A DNA stretch of 64,000 nt, taken from Bacteroidales bacterium (lineage in GTDB: Bacteria > Bacteroidota > Bacteroidia > Bacteroidales > VadinHA17). The notes below the pieces were generated by a model that had not been told where the DNA came from, searched no databases, and saw only the letters and a program-made list of their open reading frames with translations. Numbering within the stretch: position 1 is the first letter of the stretch; each line of letters begins with the position of its first letter. The position numbers and the translations under genes are program-made. The DNA is taken from contig JARGFQ010000001.1 in the NCBI GenBank assembly GCA_029210565.1, positions 656 through 64,655 on the forward strand. The letters are read 5' to 3'. Shown piece after piece: positions 1-8,982 of the stretch.

Positions 1-1254
1 GAGACGGTCATACCGCTGTGTCGGGTCACGGAAGTAGGTGAGGATCAGGTAGTCATTCTCCGTCTCCCAGTGACTGCCCTCAAAGGCAAAGCCCTCCGGC
101 CTGTCCGATCCTGAGGGTATAAAGACATATTCATAGTTGTACCATCCCTGCTTCAGCAGCAGCGAGGCCTCATAGCTGCCCCGTGAAGCGTTCCATCGCA
201 TCATGTTCTCCGGACTGTATCTCCAGCCGGTGAAGGCACCGGCGACAAATACCGAGCCTCCCTGCAGCTCACGGTGCGACGGCAGGGTGAAGTATACCCG
301 TACATAATCGGCATCCCTGTCCGGCTCGTCGCTCTCCTCCATCGCCACCCAGTACTTGCCGTTGAAGTCCTCATTGTAGAAATACTGCCTGAACTCCCGG
401 TCGTCAGAGGGTATGAGGTAAGCATGATATATTCCGTTGATATACTCTGTTGCCCGTACGTTCTGCCGGGTCTGCCTGATGGTCTTTATATCAAAGTACC
501 TGAACTCGTTTCCGCCGGGCATAAGCGTCTTGTCGGAGAGGGTGTTGAACTCCAGCCTGCCGCTGCCGACGAAATCGGGTGTGAGGCTGCTGCGGGTCCT
601 GTCCCACCTGCCGTTCTGCATCACGGTGACGGTGACCTGCCTGTAAGGGTCAGTAACCGGCAGCGCTCCCAGGGAGACAGTGATCTCAGCCTGCTGGTGC
701 GTCTCCGTGGTGCCGGGCTTCATCGGCCTCCGGAAGGTGACGGCGGCTGAGGTGCTGCCCTCACTCACAAAGAAGCGCCTGGTGAGCAGGGGAGCATCGG
801 GCTCCCCGTAGGCCCATACCGTAATGACGTAGTTGCCTGAGACCAGAAACCTGATGTCATCATTAGGGAGGCTGAGGGAGTAGTGAGTGTAGTTGACCTT
901 CGTATTGAACGAGGGGAGATAATCAGTTATCTGGTTCTCCTCAAAGCCTTCGAGATAGTCGCTGGTGAACAGGTCACTGCTGTTCCAGTCGCGGTCGCAG
1001 TGATTGATGCGGTACCAGAGCGTTCCTCCGTCACCGTCAAGAATGTCAAAGTGAAGTATCATCTCCTCACCGGCACCGGGCTGCAGGAACGGATAGGCAA
1101 GCCTCCATCCGTCCTTTTCAAACCAGATGCTCTTCACATTCGGGGCACTCTGTTCACCGGCAGAAAAATCCTGCGAAAAGGAAGAAAAGGTTCCTGCAAG
1201 AAGACATGTTATCGATAAACTTAATATTTTTATCGTTGTGAATTTTCCGGACAT
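1..1254 (-). CDS. DUF5103-like / type IX secretion plug-family protein (5' complete, 3' end runs off the window)
   Basis: I translated the minus strand by hand. ATG at 1254-1252 gives MSGKFTTIKILSLSITCLLAGTFSSFSQ (signal-like). The frame stays open for all 418 codons down to nt 1, ending ...GWYNYEYVFIPSG...FEGSHWETENDYLILTYFRDPTQRYDRL. It is missing from the ORF track because no stop lies in the window. The + strand ORFs at 274-1330 are antisense shadows. Confidence 0.6.
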   Translation of the reverse strand, partial: MSGKFTTIKILSLSITCLLAGTFSSFSQDFSAGEQSAPNVKSIWFEKDGWRLAYPFLQPGAGEEMILHFDILDGDGGTLWYRINHCDRDWNSSDLFTSDYLEGFEENQITDYLPSFNTKVNYTHYSLSLPNDDIRFLVSGNYVITVWAYGEPDAPLLTRRFFVSEGSTSAAVTFRRPMKPGTTETHQQAEITVSLGALPVTDPYRQVTVTVMQNGRWDRTRSSLTPDFVGSGRLEFNTLSDKTLMPGGNEFRYFDIKTIRQTRQNVRATEYINGIYHAYLIPSDDREFRQYFYNEDFNGKYWVAMEESDEPDRDADYVRVYFTLPSHRELQGGSVFVAGAFTGWRYSPENMMRWNASRGSYEASLLLKQGWYNYEYVFIPSGSDRPEGFAFEGSHWETENDYLILTYFRDPTQRYDRL

Positions 1255-1410
1255 AACTAACAATTCAGGCCTAAAGTACAAATATCCTGCCGCACCGCAA
1301 TGCGGCTCTCAAAATTATGCTGATTTATGATTTTTATTATGTCGCCCTGTTAAATATTTAACATTGTATTATTATTGTAGTCTCTAACGAACCAAGTTGT
1401 AAAACTCCAT

Positions 1411-2763
1411 ATGTCAACAGTCATCAGATTACGTAAAGGACTGAACATCAAGCTTGCCGGCAAGGCTGAGAAGATACTTCTTCCGGAGACAGCCGTTGAC
1501 CGTTTCGGCGTCAGGTTTGCCGATTTCCCCGGTCTGACAGCCAGGCTTGAGGTCAGGGAGGGTGACAGGGTCATGGCGGGCACAGCCCTCTTTCATGACA
1601 AGGCTTACCCTGAGATAAAGTATGTTTCGCCTGTCAGCGGGGTGATCAGAGAGGTCATCCGTGGCGAAAAGCGGGTGCTAACCGAGATTGTCATTGACCG
1701 TGACGGGGAAAGCCGGGTTGATTTCGGTGTCGCCGATCCTCTGAAGCTTACACGTGAGGAGGTGACGGAGAGGCTTCTCACCTCGGGCATGTGGCCTGTG
1801 TTGCGTCAGAGGCCTTATCATATCGTTGCCCGTCCCGGCACTGTACCCAGGGCAGTTTTCATCTCCGCCTTTGACACTGCACCGCTGGCTCCTGATATTG
1901 ATTTCATCATGGCCAACGTACACGGCAATCACCTTCAGACCGGCATCAATGTTCTCTCGCGACTTACCGACGGTAAGATACATCTCTCCCAGGAGGCTGA
2001 GGGCTCGAGGGTGGCTGAGGTGAAGAACCTTACGGGCGTTGAGTTTCACGAGTTTTCAGGGCCTCACCCTGCCGGAAACGTTGGAGTGCAGATACATCAT
2101 ATTGAGCCGGTATCAAAGGGTGAGGTTGTCTGGACCGTTGACATCCAGGATGTGGTGGCCCTGGGCCGTCTCTTTGACACCGGCTTCCATGACCGTGAAC
2201 GCATCATAGCCCTGGCGGGAAGCGGGGTGTTGCATCCCAAGTATCACCGCATCAGACCGGGAGCCTCGGTGAGCGGCATCCTCAAGGCGAACCTCGGTGA
2301 GGGCAATCACAGGGTCATCAGCGGTAATGTGCTCACCGGCAAGAGAATCGATGCCGCCGGCTCTATCGGCTTCTATGACAACATGGTCACCGTGCTGCCC
2401 GAGGGCGACTACCACGAACTGTTCGGATGGGCCACGCCGGGGCTGAAGAAATTCAGCTACTGGAGGAGCTTTGTCTCCAAGCTTCTTCCACGGAAGGAGT
2501 ATGAGATGGACACCAACTTTCACGGCGGCCACAGGGCCTTTGTCATGACCGGCCACTATGAGAATGTGCTGCCGATGGATATCTATCCGATCTACCTCAT
2601 CAAGGCGATAATGGCCGGAGACGTTGAGCTGATGGAGAACCTGGGCATATACGAGGTGGCGGAGGAGGACTTTGCACTGTGCGAATACATTGATCCTTCC
2701 AAGAGCGAGTTACAGGAGATCATCCGCAGCGGGATCAACCTGATGATAAAAGAGATGAACTAA
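1411..2763 (+). CDS. nqrA: Na+-translocating NADH:quinone oxidoreductase subunit A
   Basis: 450-aa soluble protein at the head of a six-gene co-directional array. The gene order and sizes (450/385/233/218/205/417 aa) and the membrane/soluble pattern match nqrABCDEF. Confidence 0.9.
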   Translation: MSTVIRLRKGLNIKLAGKAEKILLPETAVDRFGVRFADFPGLTARLEVREGDRVMAGTALFHDKAYPEIKYVSPVSGVIREVIRGEKRVLTEIVIDRDGESRVDFGVADPLKLTREEVTERLLTSGMWPVLRQRPYHIVARPGTVPRAVFISAFDTAPLAPDIDFIMANVHGNHLQTGINVLSRLTDGKIHLSQEAEGSRVAEVKNLTGVEFHEFSGPHPAGNVGVQIHHIEPVSKGEVVWTVDIQDVVALGRLFDTGFHDRERIIALAGSGVLHPKYHRIRPGASVSGILKANLGEGNHRVISGNVLTGKRIDAAGSIGFYDNMVTVLPEGDYHELFGWATPGLKKFSYWRSFVSKLLPRKEYEMDTNFHGGHRAFVMTGHYENVLPMDIYPIYLIKAIMAGDVELMENLGIYEVAEEDFALCEYIDPSKSELQEIIRSGINLMIKEMN

Positions 2764-2782
2764 TTAAAGCAATGAGTCTGCA

Positions 2783-3940
2783 ATGAGTTTCCTGCTAGAT
2801 AAAATGAAGAAGATGGAGCCCCTCTTTGAAAAGGGAGGGCGCCTTGAGAAGCTGCGTTCCGTCTATAACGGCTTCGCAACCTTCCTCTACGTTCCGGACA
2901 AGGTGACCACCAGGGGCGCACATATCAGAGACTATATGGATATGAAGCGCACAATGATCATAGTGGTCATTGCGCTGATCCCGGCCCTGCTGTTCGGGTC
3001 ATACAACATCGGACTGCAGCATACCAGGGCCTTCGGCATCGTCGACTGGTCCCTGATGCAGATGTTCTGGTTCGGCTTCCTGAAGATTCTTCCGCTGATA
3101 ATCGTGAGTTATGTGACGGGACTGGGCATTGAGTTTATTGCTGCCCAGATACGCGGACATGAGATCAACGAGGGTTATCTCGTCACCGGCATGCTGATAC
3201 CTCTCATCATGCCGATAGATGTGCCTTTGTGGATGCTTGCCGTCTCGGTGGCCTTCGCGGTCATAATCGGCAAGGAGATATTCGGCGGTACGGGGATGAA
3301 CATACTCAACCCCGCACTCACCGCCCGTGCCTTCCTGTTCTTCAGCTACCCGGCCTGGATGAGCGGTGACACTGTCTGGATCGAGGGGCTGACAAAGGGG
3401 GGAGCCATTGACGCCTTCTCCGGTGCTACGCCGCTAGCGGTGGTAAAGCTCGACGGTATTGGCCAATTGCCTTCAGCAATGGAGATGTTCATCGGGACCA
3501 TACCCGGGTCTGTGGGTGAGACATCGGTCATCGCCATACTGATAGGAGCACTGATACTGCTGGTTACCGGTGTGGGCAGCTGGCGAATCATGCTGAGCAT
3601 GACCCTGGGCGCACTGGGCATGGGACTGCTGCTCAATCTTACCGGAGGTAACGAGTATACTCAGATACCTGCATACTACCACCTGATAATGGGTGGCTTT
3701 GCCTTCGGCGCAGTCTTCATGGCCACCGACCCGGTGTCGGCAGCACAGACAAACACCGGGAAGTACATATACGGGACGCTGACAGGTATACTGGTGGTGA
3801 TAATCAGGGTCTTCAATCCGGCATATCCCGAAGGGACCATGCTGGCGATACTGCTGATGAATGTGATGGCTCCGCTGATTGACCATTATGTGGTGCAGGC
3901 CAATATCAGGAGAAGGGTAAAAAGAGTAAGGACAGCTTAA
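2783..3940 (+). CDS. nqrB: Na+-NQR subunit B
   Basis: Polytopic membrane protein. The motif ...DAFSGATPLA... is the S-G-A-T covalent-FMN threonine site typical of NqrB/RnfD. Confidence 0.9.
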   Translation: MSFLLDKMKKMEPLFEKGGRLEKLRSVYNGFATFLYVPDKVTTRGAHIRDYMDMKRTMIIVVIALIPALLFGSYNIGLQHTRAFGIVDWSLMQMFWFGFLKILPLIIVSYVTGLGIEFIAAQIRGHEINEGYLVTGMLIPLIMPIDVPLWMLAVSVAFAVIIGKEIFGGTGMNILNPALTARAFLFFSYPAWMSGDTVWIEGLTKGGAIDAFSGATPLAVVKLDGIGQLPSAMEMFIGTIPGSVGETSVIAILIGALILLVTGVGSWRIMLSMTLGALGMGLLLNLTGGNEYTQIPAYYHLIMGGFAFGAVFMATDPVSAAQTNTGKYIYGTLTGILVVIIRVFNPAYPEGTMLAILLMNVMAPLIDHYVVQANIRRRVKRVRTA

Positions 3941-3951
3941 CAAACCGCGAG

Positions 3952-4653
3952 ATGAAAGATTTCAGCAACAGATATATAATGGTCTTCTCGGTGGTGATGA
4001 TCGTCTCCGTCGCCATCCTCCTCTCCCTGACGGCGCTGCTGCTGCAGCCCAGGCAGGAGAAGAATGTTGAAGTAGAGAAGAAGATGAACATCCTCTCCTC
4101 GATTAATGTCACCTCAACAAAGGCGGATGCTGTTGAGCTCTATGACAGATACATCACGGAGAGCTATGTGATCAATATTGAGGGCGAGCACCTGGAGGGC
4201 GTTGACGCCTTCACCGTCGGCCTCCGTGCTGAGCAGAAGAAGCCGCTGGCAGAGCAGTACCTGCCGGTGTTCATCGCTGTGGACGACAGGGGCGACACCC
4301 TTCATATACTGCCACTGGAAGGCAAGGGGCTGTGGGGTCCGATCTGGGGTTACGTAGCACTGAAGGAGGATCTCTCTACCATTGACGGGGTCACCTTCGA
4401 CCACAAGGGAGAGACACCCGGACTGGGCGCCGAGATCAACACCACCGCGTTCGAGAGCCAGTTCCTGGATAAGAGCCTATACCGCGACGGCAAGTTCGTG
4501 GGGATCAAGGTCGTCAAGGGAGGCGCTGACCCTCAGAGCAGGCACGAAGTCGATGCGATCTCCGGCGGCACCATCACCAGCAAGGGGCTGGAGGCTATGG
4601 TTTACGACGGACTGATAAAATATGAGAAATACCTCAGCAAAAACAGGAAGTAG
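3952..4653 (+). CDS. nqrC: Na+-NQR subunit C
   Basis: Single N-terminal TM helix followed by an FMN-binding domain with ...DAISGGTITSKG... (flavinylation-type motif). The position in the operon fits. Confidence 0.88.
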   Translation: MKDFSNRYIMVFSVVMIVSVAILLSLTALLLQPRQEKNVEVEKKMNILSSINVTSTKADAVELYDRYITESYVINIEGEHLEGVDAFTVGLRAEQKKPLAEQYLPVFIAVDDRGDTLHILPLEGKGLWGPIWGYVALKEDLSTIDGVTFDHKGETPGLGAEINTTAFESQFLDKSLYRDGKFVGIKVVKGGADPQSRHEVDAISGGTITSKGLEAMVYDGLIKYEKYLSKNRK

Positions 4654-4655
4654 AT

Positions 4656-5312
4656 ATGGAAAAGGTTGAAAAAGAGCCGCTCTTCTCGGCAAAGTACAGG
4701 AAGCTGCTGACCAACCCGCTGGGGCAGGATAACCCGATCACCGTGCAGGTGCTGGGTATATGCTCGGCGCTGGCGGTCACGGTGAAGATGAACCCCGCCA
4801 TCGTAATGGCCATCTCGGTCATGGTGGTGCTGGCAGTGTCAAACGTTGTGATAGCCTCGCTGAGGAAGATGATACCTGGCCGTATCAGGATCATAGTGCA
4901 GCTGGTGGTGATAGCCACGATGGTCATCATCGTAGACCAGTTCCTGAAGGCCTTCGCCTTTGACATAAGCAAGCATCTCTCGGTCTTCGTGGGACTGATA
5001 ATAACCAACTGTATAATCATGGGCCGCCTCGAGGCCTTCGCAATGGCCAACAAACCGTGGCCCGCCTTCCTCGACGGACTGGGCAATGCATGGGGATACG
5101 GATGGATACTCATAATAGTATCATTCTTTCGTGAGTTCCTTGGCAGCGGAAGCGTTATGGGCTTCCCGGTGATGGAGAAAATCGGGGTTTATAACTTTGG
5201 ATATGAGGACAATGGCATGATGATACTCCCGCCGATGGCCCTGATCACGGTGGGCCTGATCATCTGGGTGCAGCGCAGTCGGAATAAAACACTGATAGAA
5301 GAAAACAAGTAG
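4656..5312 (+). CDS. nqrD: Na+-NQR subunit D
   Basis: 218-aa polytopic membrane protein, paralogous in character to the next ORF (NqrD/NqrE, RnfE/RnfA type). Only a 2-nt gap separates it from nqrC. Confidence 0.88.
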   Translation: MEKVEKEPLFSAKYRKLLTNPLGQDNPITVQVLGICSALAVTVKMNPAIVMAISVMVVLAVSNVVIASLRKMIPGRIRIIVQLVVIATMVIIVDQFLKAFAFDISKHLSVFVGLIITNCIIMGRLEAFAMANKPWPAFLDGLGNAWGYGWILIIVSFFREFLGSGSVMGFPVMEKIGVYNFGYEDNGMMILPPMALITVGLIIWVQRSRNKTLIEENK

Positions 5313-5323
5313 CATTAAGGGTC

Positions 5324-5941
5324 ATGGAAAACTTAATCAACATATTCGTCAAGTCGATCTTCATCGACAACATGATCTTTGCCTACTTCCTGGGTATGTG
5401 CTCATACCTGGCGGTGTCAAAGACAGTCAAGACCTCAATGGGACTGGGATTAGCGGTCATCTTCGTGCTGGTGATAACGGTGCCGGTAAACTTCCTGCTG
5501 GAGCAGTATATCCTTAAGAAAGGAGCACTGACATGGCTCAACGCCAGCTTTTCCGATCTCGACCTCAGCTTCCTCTCGTTCATCATGTTCATAGCGGTGA
5601 TAGCCTCTATCGTCCAGCTCGTGGAGATGGTGATCGAGAAATTCACTCCCGCCCTCTATAACTCCCTGGGCATCTTTCTGCCTCTGATAGCTGTCAACTG
5701 TGCTATCCTCGGTGCATCACTATTCATGCAGGAGAGAGAGTACGCCAACATCGGCGAGGCCGCAGTATTCGGACTCGGGTCAGGCGTTGGCTGGCTGCTG
5801 GCCATTGTGGCTCTCGCTGCCATCAGGGAGAAGATGCGCTATTCAAATGTGCCTGCTCCGCTTAGAGGACTGGGCATTACGTTCATTCTTACCGGACTGA
5901 TGGGCATAGCATTCATGAGCTTCCTCGGAATCACACTGTAA
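5324..5941 (+). CDS. nqrE: Na+-NQR subunit E
   Basis: 205-aa polytopic membrane protein. The position in the operon fits. Confidence 0.88.
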   Translation: MENLINIFVKSIFIDNMIFAYFLGMCSYLAVSKTVKTSMGLGLAVIFVLVITVPVNFLLEQYILKKGALTWLNASFSDLDLSFLSFIMFIAVIASIVQLVEMVIEKFTPALYNSLGIFLPLIAVNCAILGASLFMQEREYANIGEAAVFGLGSGVGWLLAIVALAAIREKMRYSNVPAPLRGLGITFILTGLMGIAFMSFLGITL

Positions 5942-6052
5942 TGCAACACCCATGGATCAGAAAGAGCAAACGCATTGTCAACAGAAAAAAGGAAAAAGTA
6001 TTTCGACATTCCATATATGTCAGTTTTTTGTCATGATGAAATCTGAAAAGAT

Positions 6053-7306
6053 ATGATATTAGGTTTATCAATAGCAGGCACTGTTCTCATAAGCGTGGCA
6101 GTTTTCGTGCTGGTAATGATACTGCTGGTGGTGCTGCTTCTCTATGCCAGGCAGAAGCTCACCCCGCAGGGCGACGTCAAACTGAAGGTCAACGACCGTG
6201 AGATGGTGGTCTCACCCGGCTCGAACCTGCTCTCGACACTCTCGAACAATGACATCTTTCTGCCGTCAGCATGCGGCGGAGGAGGCACCTGTGGCATGTG
6301 CAAATGCCAGATCACCGAGGGCGGCGGGTCAATACTGCCCACCGAGACCGGCTTCTTCACCCGTCGCGAACAGCACGACAACTGGCGACTGGGATGCCAG
6401 GTCAAGGTGCGCGAAGATATGACCATCCAGGTACCGGAGGCTGTGCTCGGCATTAAGAAATGGGAGTGCGAGGTGGTCTCCAACAGGAACGTGGCAACCT
6501 TCATAAAGGAGTTTGTCGTCAAACTGCCTGAAGGTGAAGATCTCGTCTTCAAATCGGGAGAGTATATACAGATAGATATTCCGCGCTATGAGGTCGAATT
6601 CAGGAAGGATATAGAAGTGGAGGAGGAGTACCGGCCCGACTGGGATAAGTTTGACCTCTGGAGTCTCAGGACAAAGAACAGCGAGGAGACCTTCAGGGCC
6701 TACTCCATGGCCAACTACCCGGCTGAGAAGAACCTGATAATACTCAATATCAGGATAGCCACCCCGCCGATGGACAGGAACCGCAAGTGGCTGAACGTGC
6801 CGCCGGGGATAAGCTCATCCTATATCTTCTCACGGAAGCCGGGTGATAAGGTGACAATCTCCGGGCCCTTCGGGGACTTCCACATCAAGAATACTGATGC
6901 TGAGATGGTGTATATAGGAGGTGGGGCCGGAATGGCACCGCTGCGGTCTCATATATTCCACCTCCTCAAGACTGAGAAGTCGTCGAGGAAGATCTCTTAC
7001 TGGTACGGAGCCAGGTCCAAAAGAGAGGTCTTCTACGAGGATGAGTTCAGGGAGCTTGAGAAGAAGTTTCCCAACTTCACCTTCAACCTGGCCCTCTCGG
7101 AACCGTTGCCGGAGGATAACTGGTCCGGATACACCGGGTTCATCCACCAGGTGCTGCTTGACAACTACCTGGGCAAGCTGGAGCTGCCGGAAGAGATAGA
7201 GTACTACCTCTGCGGACCCCCGATGATGAACTCCGCCGTGCTTAACATGCTTGACAACCTGGGCGTGCCGGAGGAGAATATTGCGTTTGATGATTTTGGT
7301 GGTTGA
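6053..7306 (+). CDS. nqrF: Na+-NQR subunit F (2Fe-2S ferredoxin / FAD / NADH domains)
   Basis: N-terminal TM helix, the cluster motif [12 protein letters not shown]...C, then FAD/NAD-binding motifs ([21 protein letters not shown]). Confidence 0.92.
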   Translation: MILGLSIAGTVLISVAVFVLVMILLVVLLLYARQKLTPQGDVKLKVNDREMVVSPGSNLLSTLSNNDIFLPSACGGGGTCGMCKCQITEGGGSILPTETGFFTRREQHDNWRLGCQVKVREDMTIQVPEAVLGIKKWECEVVSNRNVATFIKEFVVKLPEGEDLVFKSGEYIQIDIPRYEVEFRKDIEVEEEYRPDWDKFDLWSLRTKNSEETFRAYSMANYPAEKNLIILNIRIATPPMDRNRKWLNVPPGISSSYIFSRKPGDKVTISGPFGDFHIKNTDAEMVYIGGGAGMAPLRSHIFHLLKTEKSSRKISYWYGARSKREVFYEDEFRELEKKFPNFTFNLALSEPLPEDNWSGYTGFIHQVLLDNYLGKLELPEEIEYYLCGPPMMNSAVLNMLDNLGVPEENIAFDDFGG

Positions 7307-7308
7307 TC

Positions 7309-7350
7309 CAGTCGGCAGTCGGCAGTCTTCAGTCTTCAGACGGCAGTAGT
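7309..7350. repeat. Tract with 7-nt periodicity: (CAGTCGG)x2 (CAGTCTT)x2 CAGACGG CAGTAGT, starting 3 nt after the nqrF stop
   Basis: Read directly from tccagtcggcagtcggcagtcttcagtcttcagacggcagtagt. Confidence 0.8.
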
Positions 7351-7454
7351 GAAGGTCTGAGAGAAATCAAAAAAAGCAAATTTGAGCCTGCGACGTAGGA
7401 GCAGGATCAATCCCGCACACGGAGTGTCGGGACGCACATCGAAATTTTTATATT

Positions 7455-8459
7455 ATGCGCATTTTTATTGCCCTTGCAGCCATCACACTATGCCTGTCAT
7501 CCTGCACTCCGCAGGTTGAATACGCCGTTATCGACGGCCTGACCCAGGGAACTACCTACCATATCGTGGTTGAGAAGAGTCCCGGGTTGGATGCTGGGAA
7601 GCTCCGGCAGGATATTGAAACTCTTTTTTCGAGAGTTGACAACTCTCTTTCCATATACAACGACTCTTCTGTCATCTCCCGGATCAACGGCAACCGGAGC
7701 GACCTCACCGATTCACTCTTTCGTGAGGTGTTTCGCCTATCATCACTTGTCTCGGAACAGAGCGGAGGACTCTTTGACATCACCATTGGCCCTCTGGTGA
7801 AGTCGTGGGGCTTCGGTCCCGATGCCATGAAACGGTTCGACGAGTCAATGCTTGACTCACTCCTGGCTCTTGTGGGTATGGAGAAGCTGAAGCTCGAGGG
7901 TGAACGCATCGTCAAAGCTGATCCTGACATGTTCATCGATGTCAACGCCATTGCCCAGGGCTATACTGTTGACCTGGTGATTGACCTGCTTGTGCTACAG
8001 GGCATCAGGGAGTGTCTTGCCGAGGTGGGGGGAGAAGTGCGCACGGTGGGCGACAAGAGAGGTGCTGGATGGCATGTGGGCATTGATAAGCCAACTGACG
8101 GCAACTTTCTCCCCGGAGATGACATGACGGCAAAGGTGAGGCTCGACAACAGGGCGCTGGCCACCTCCGGAAACTACCGCAAGTTCTACGTTGAAGACGG
8201 GATCAAATATTCGCATACCATTGATCCCCGCTCGGGCTACCCCGTCAGGCATACCCTGCTCAGCGCCACGGTGACAGCACCCACGGCTGCCGAAGCCGAC
8301 GCCTGGGCTACCGTGTGCATGGTGGCAGGCCGCGAGGAGGCGACAGCTTTCATAGAGAGATATGACTTTCTTGAGGGTTACCTGATCTTTTCCGGTGAAA
8401 ACGGAGAGATGAGAAGCTGGATCTCCGAAGGGTTGAGAAGAGTTATCAAAGAGAAATAA
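7455..8459 (+). CDS. apbE: FAD:protein FMN transferase (ApbE family lipoprotein)
   Basis: Lipoprotein-type signal (ITLCLSSC). Length and sequence character fit the ApbE family (…GDKRGAGWHVGIDKP…ATSGNYRKF…HTIDPRSG…). It sits directly downstream of nqr, whose B and C subunits need flavinylation. Confidence 0.85.
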   Translation: MRIFIALAAITLCLSSCTPQVEYAVIDGLTQGTTYHIVVEKSPGLDAGKLRQDIETLFSRVDNSLSIYNDSSVISRINGNRSDLTDSLFREVFRLSSLVSEQSGGLFDITIGPLVKSWGFGPDAMKRFDESMLDSLLALVGMEKLKLEGERIVKADPDMFIDVNAIAQGYTVDLVIDLLVLQGIRECLAEVGGEVRTVGDKRGAGWHVGIDKPTDGNFLPGDDMTAKVRLDNRALATSGNYRKFYVEDGIKYSHTIDPRSGYPVRHTLLSATVTAPTAAEADAWATVCMVAGREEATAFIERYDFLEGYLIFSGENGEMRSWISEGLRRVIKEK

Positions 8460-8543
8460 TTATTGTTGGATTCCTTTCGGGTGCGGGCGGGAACTGACTC
8501 GCTGTAAAGGCTGGCCTGACACTGCAAGAGTGAAGAAGCGAAG

Positions 8544-8768
8544 CTAATCCTCATTCATGGCACATCCACAGCAGCCGGCACCGTCGACAGGGTTGCATCC
8601 CGTGTCTGTTGCCTGGGCGCAGGTGATACCCCGCTTACGCATCTCCCTGTTGTGGCCTACGTGGGTTTCGGGAAAGCGACCCTTTGGTTTGACGAGGATG
8701 GTAATCGCCATACCTGCGAGGGCGATCGCTACAAGCACTGCCGACAATATTATAAGTTTCAAAAGCAT
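8544..8768 (-). CDS. Small single-TM, Cys-rich membrane protein of unknown function
   Basis: 74 aa. A hydrophobic N-terminal helix (LLKLIILSAVLVAIALAGMAITILV) is followed by the basic stretch HVGHNREMRKRGITC and the tail CNPVDGAGCCGCAM. Five Cys fall within the last 30 residues. The gene is convergent with apbE. Confidence 0.5.
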   Translation of the reverse strand: MLLKLIILSAVLVAIALAGMAITILVKPKGRFPETHVGHNREMRKRGITCAQATDTGCNPVDGAGCCGCAMNED

Positions 8769-8982
8769 CAGTTACTAATTATTACGGTGTAAAGATAACC
8801 AATAATGAAACATCTGTAGGGCGGGTTTGTTCGCAGGGCTGGCATGTTTGCATGGCCGTTATTTTCGATGCGACGGTAGCTTTCATGACTCTTCGTAGCT
8901 GATGAATTGTCCTGCAGCAATGCCAGCGGCTGTCATGATTCTTCTTCCCCGGGACGTTCATAATCAAGTATCTCCGAGGCAG

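Noticed and set aside
274-1330. Several + strand ORFs (158, 111, 69 and 67 aa) at the window start
   Set aside because: They lie antisense to a continuous 418-codon minus-strand frame with a signal peptide and DUF5103-like sequence. Their composition (Arg/Pro/Gly-rich, no motifs) is typical of shadow ORFs.
8782-8967. 61-aa minus-strand ORF between nhaC and the Cys-rich mini-protein
   Set aside because: No signal, motif or plausible ribosome-binding context. Its odd composition (Cys/His/Arg/Thr) looks like a random frame in a 214-nt spacer. I did not recognise a riboswitch fold there either.
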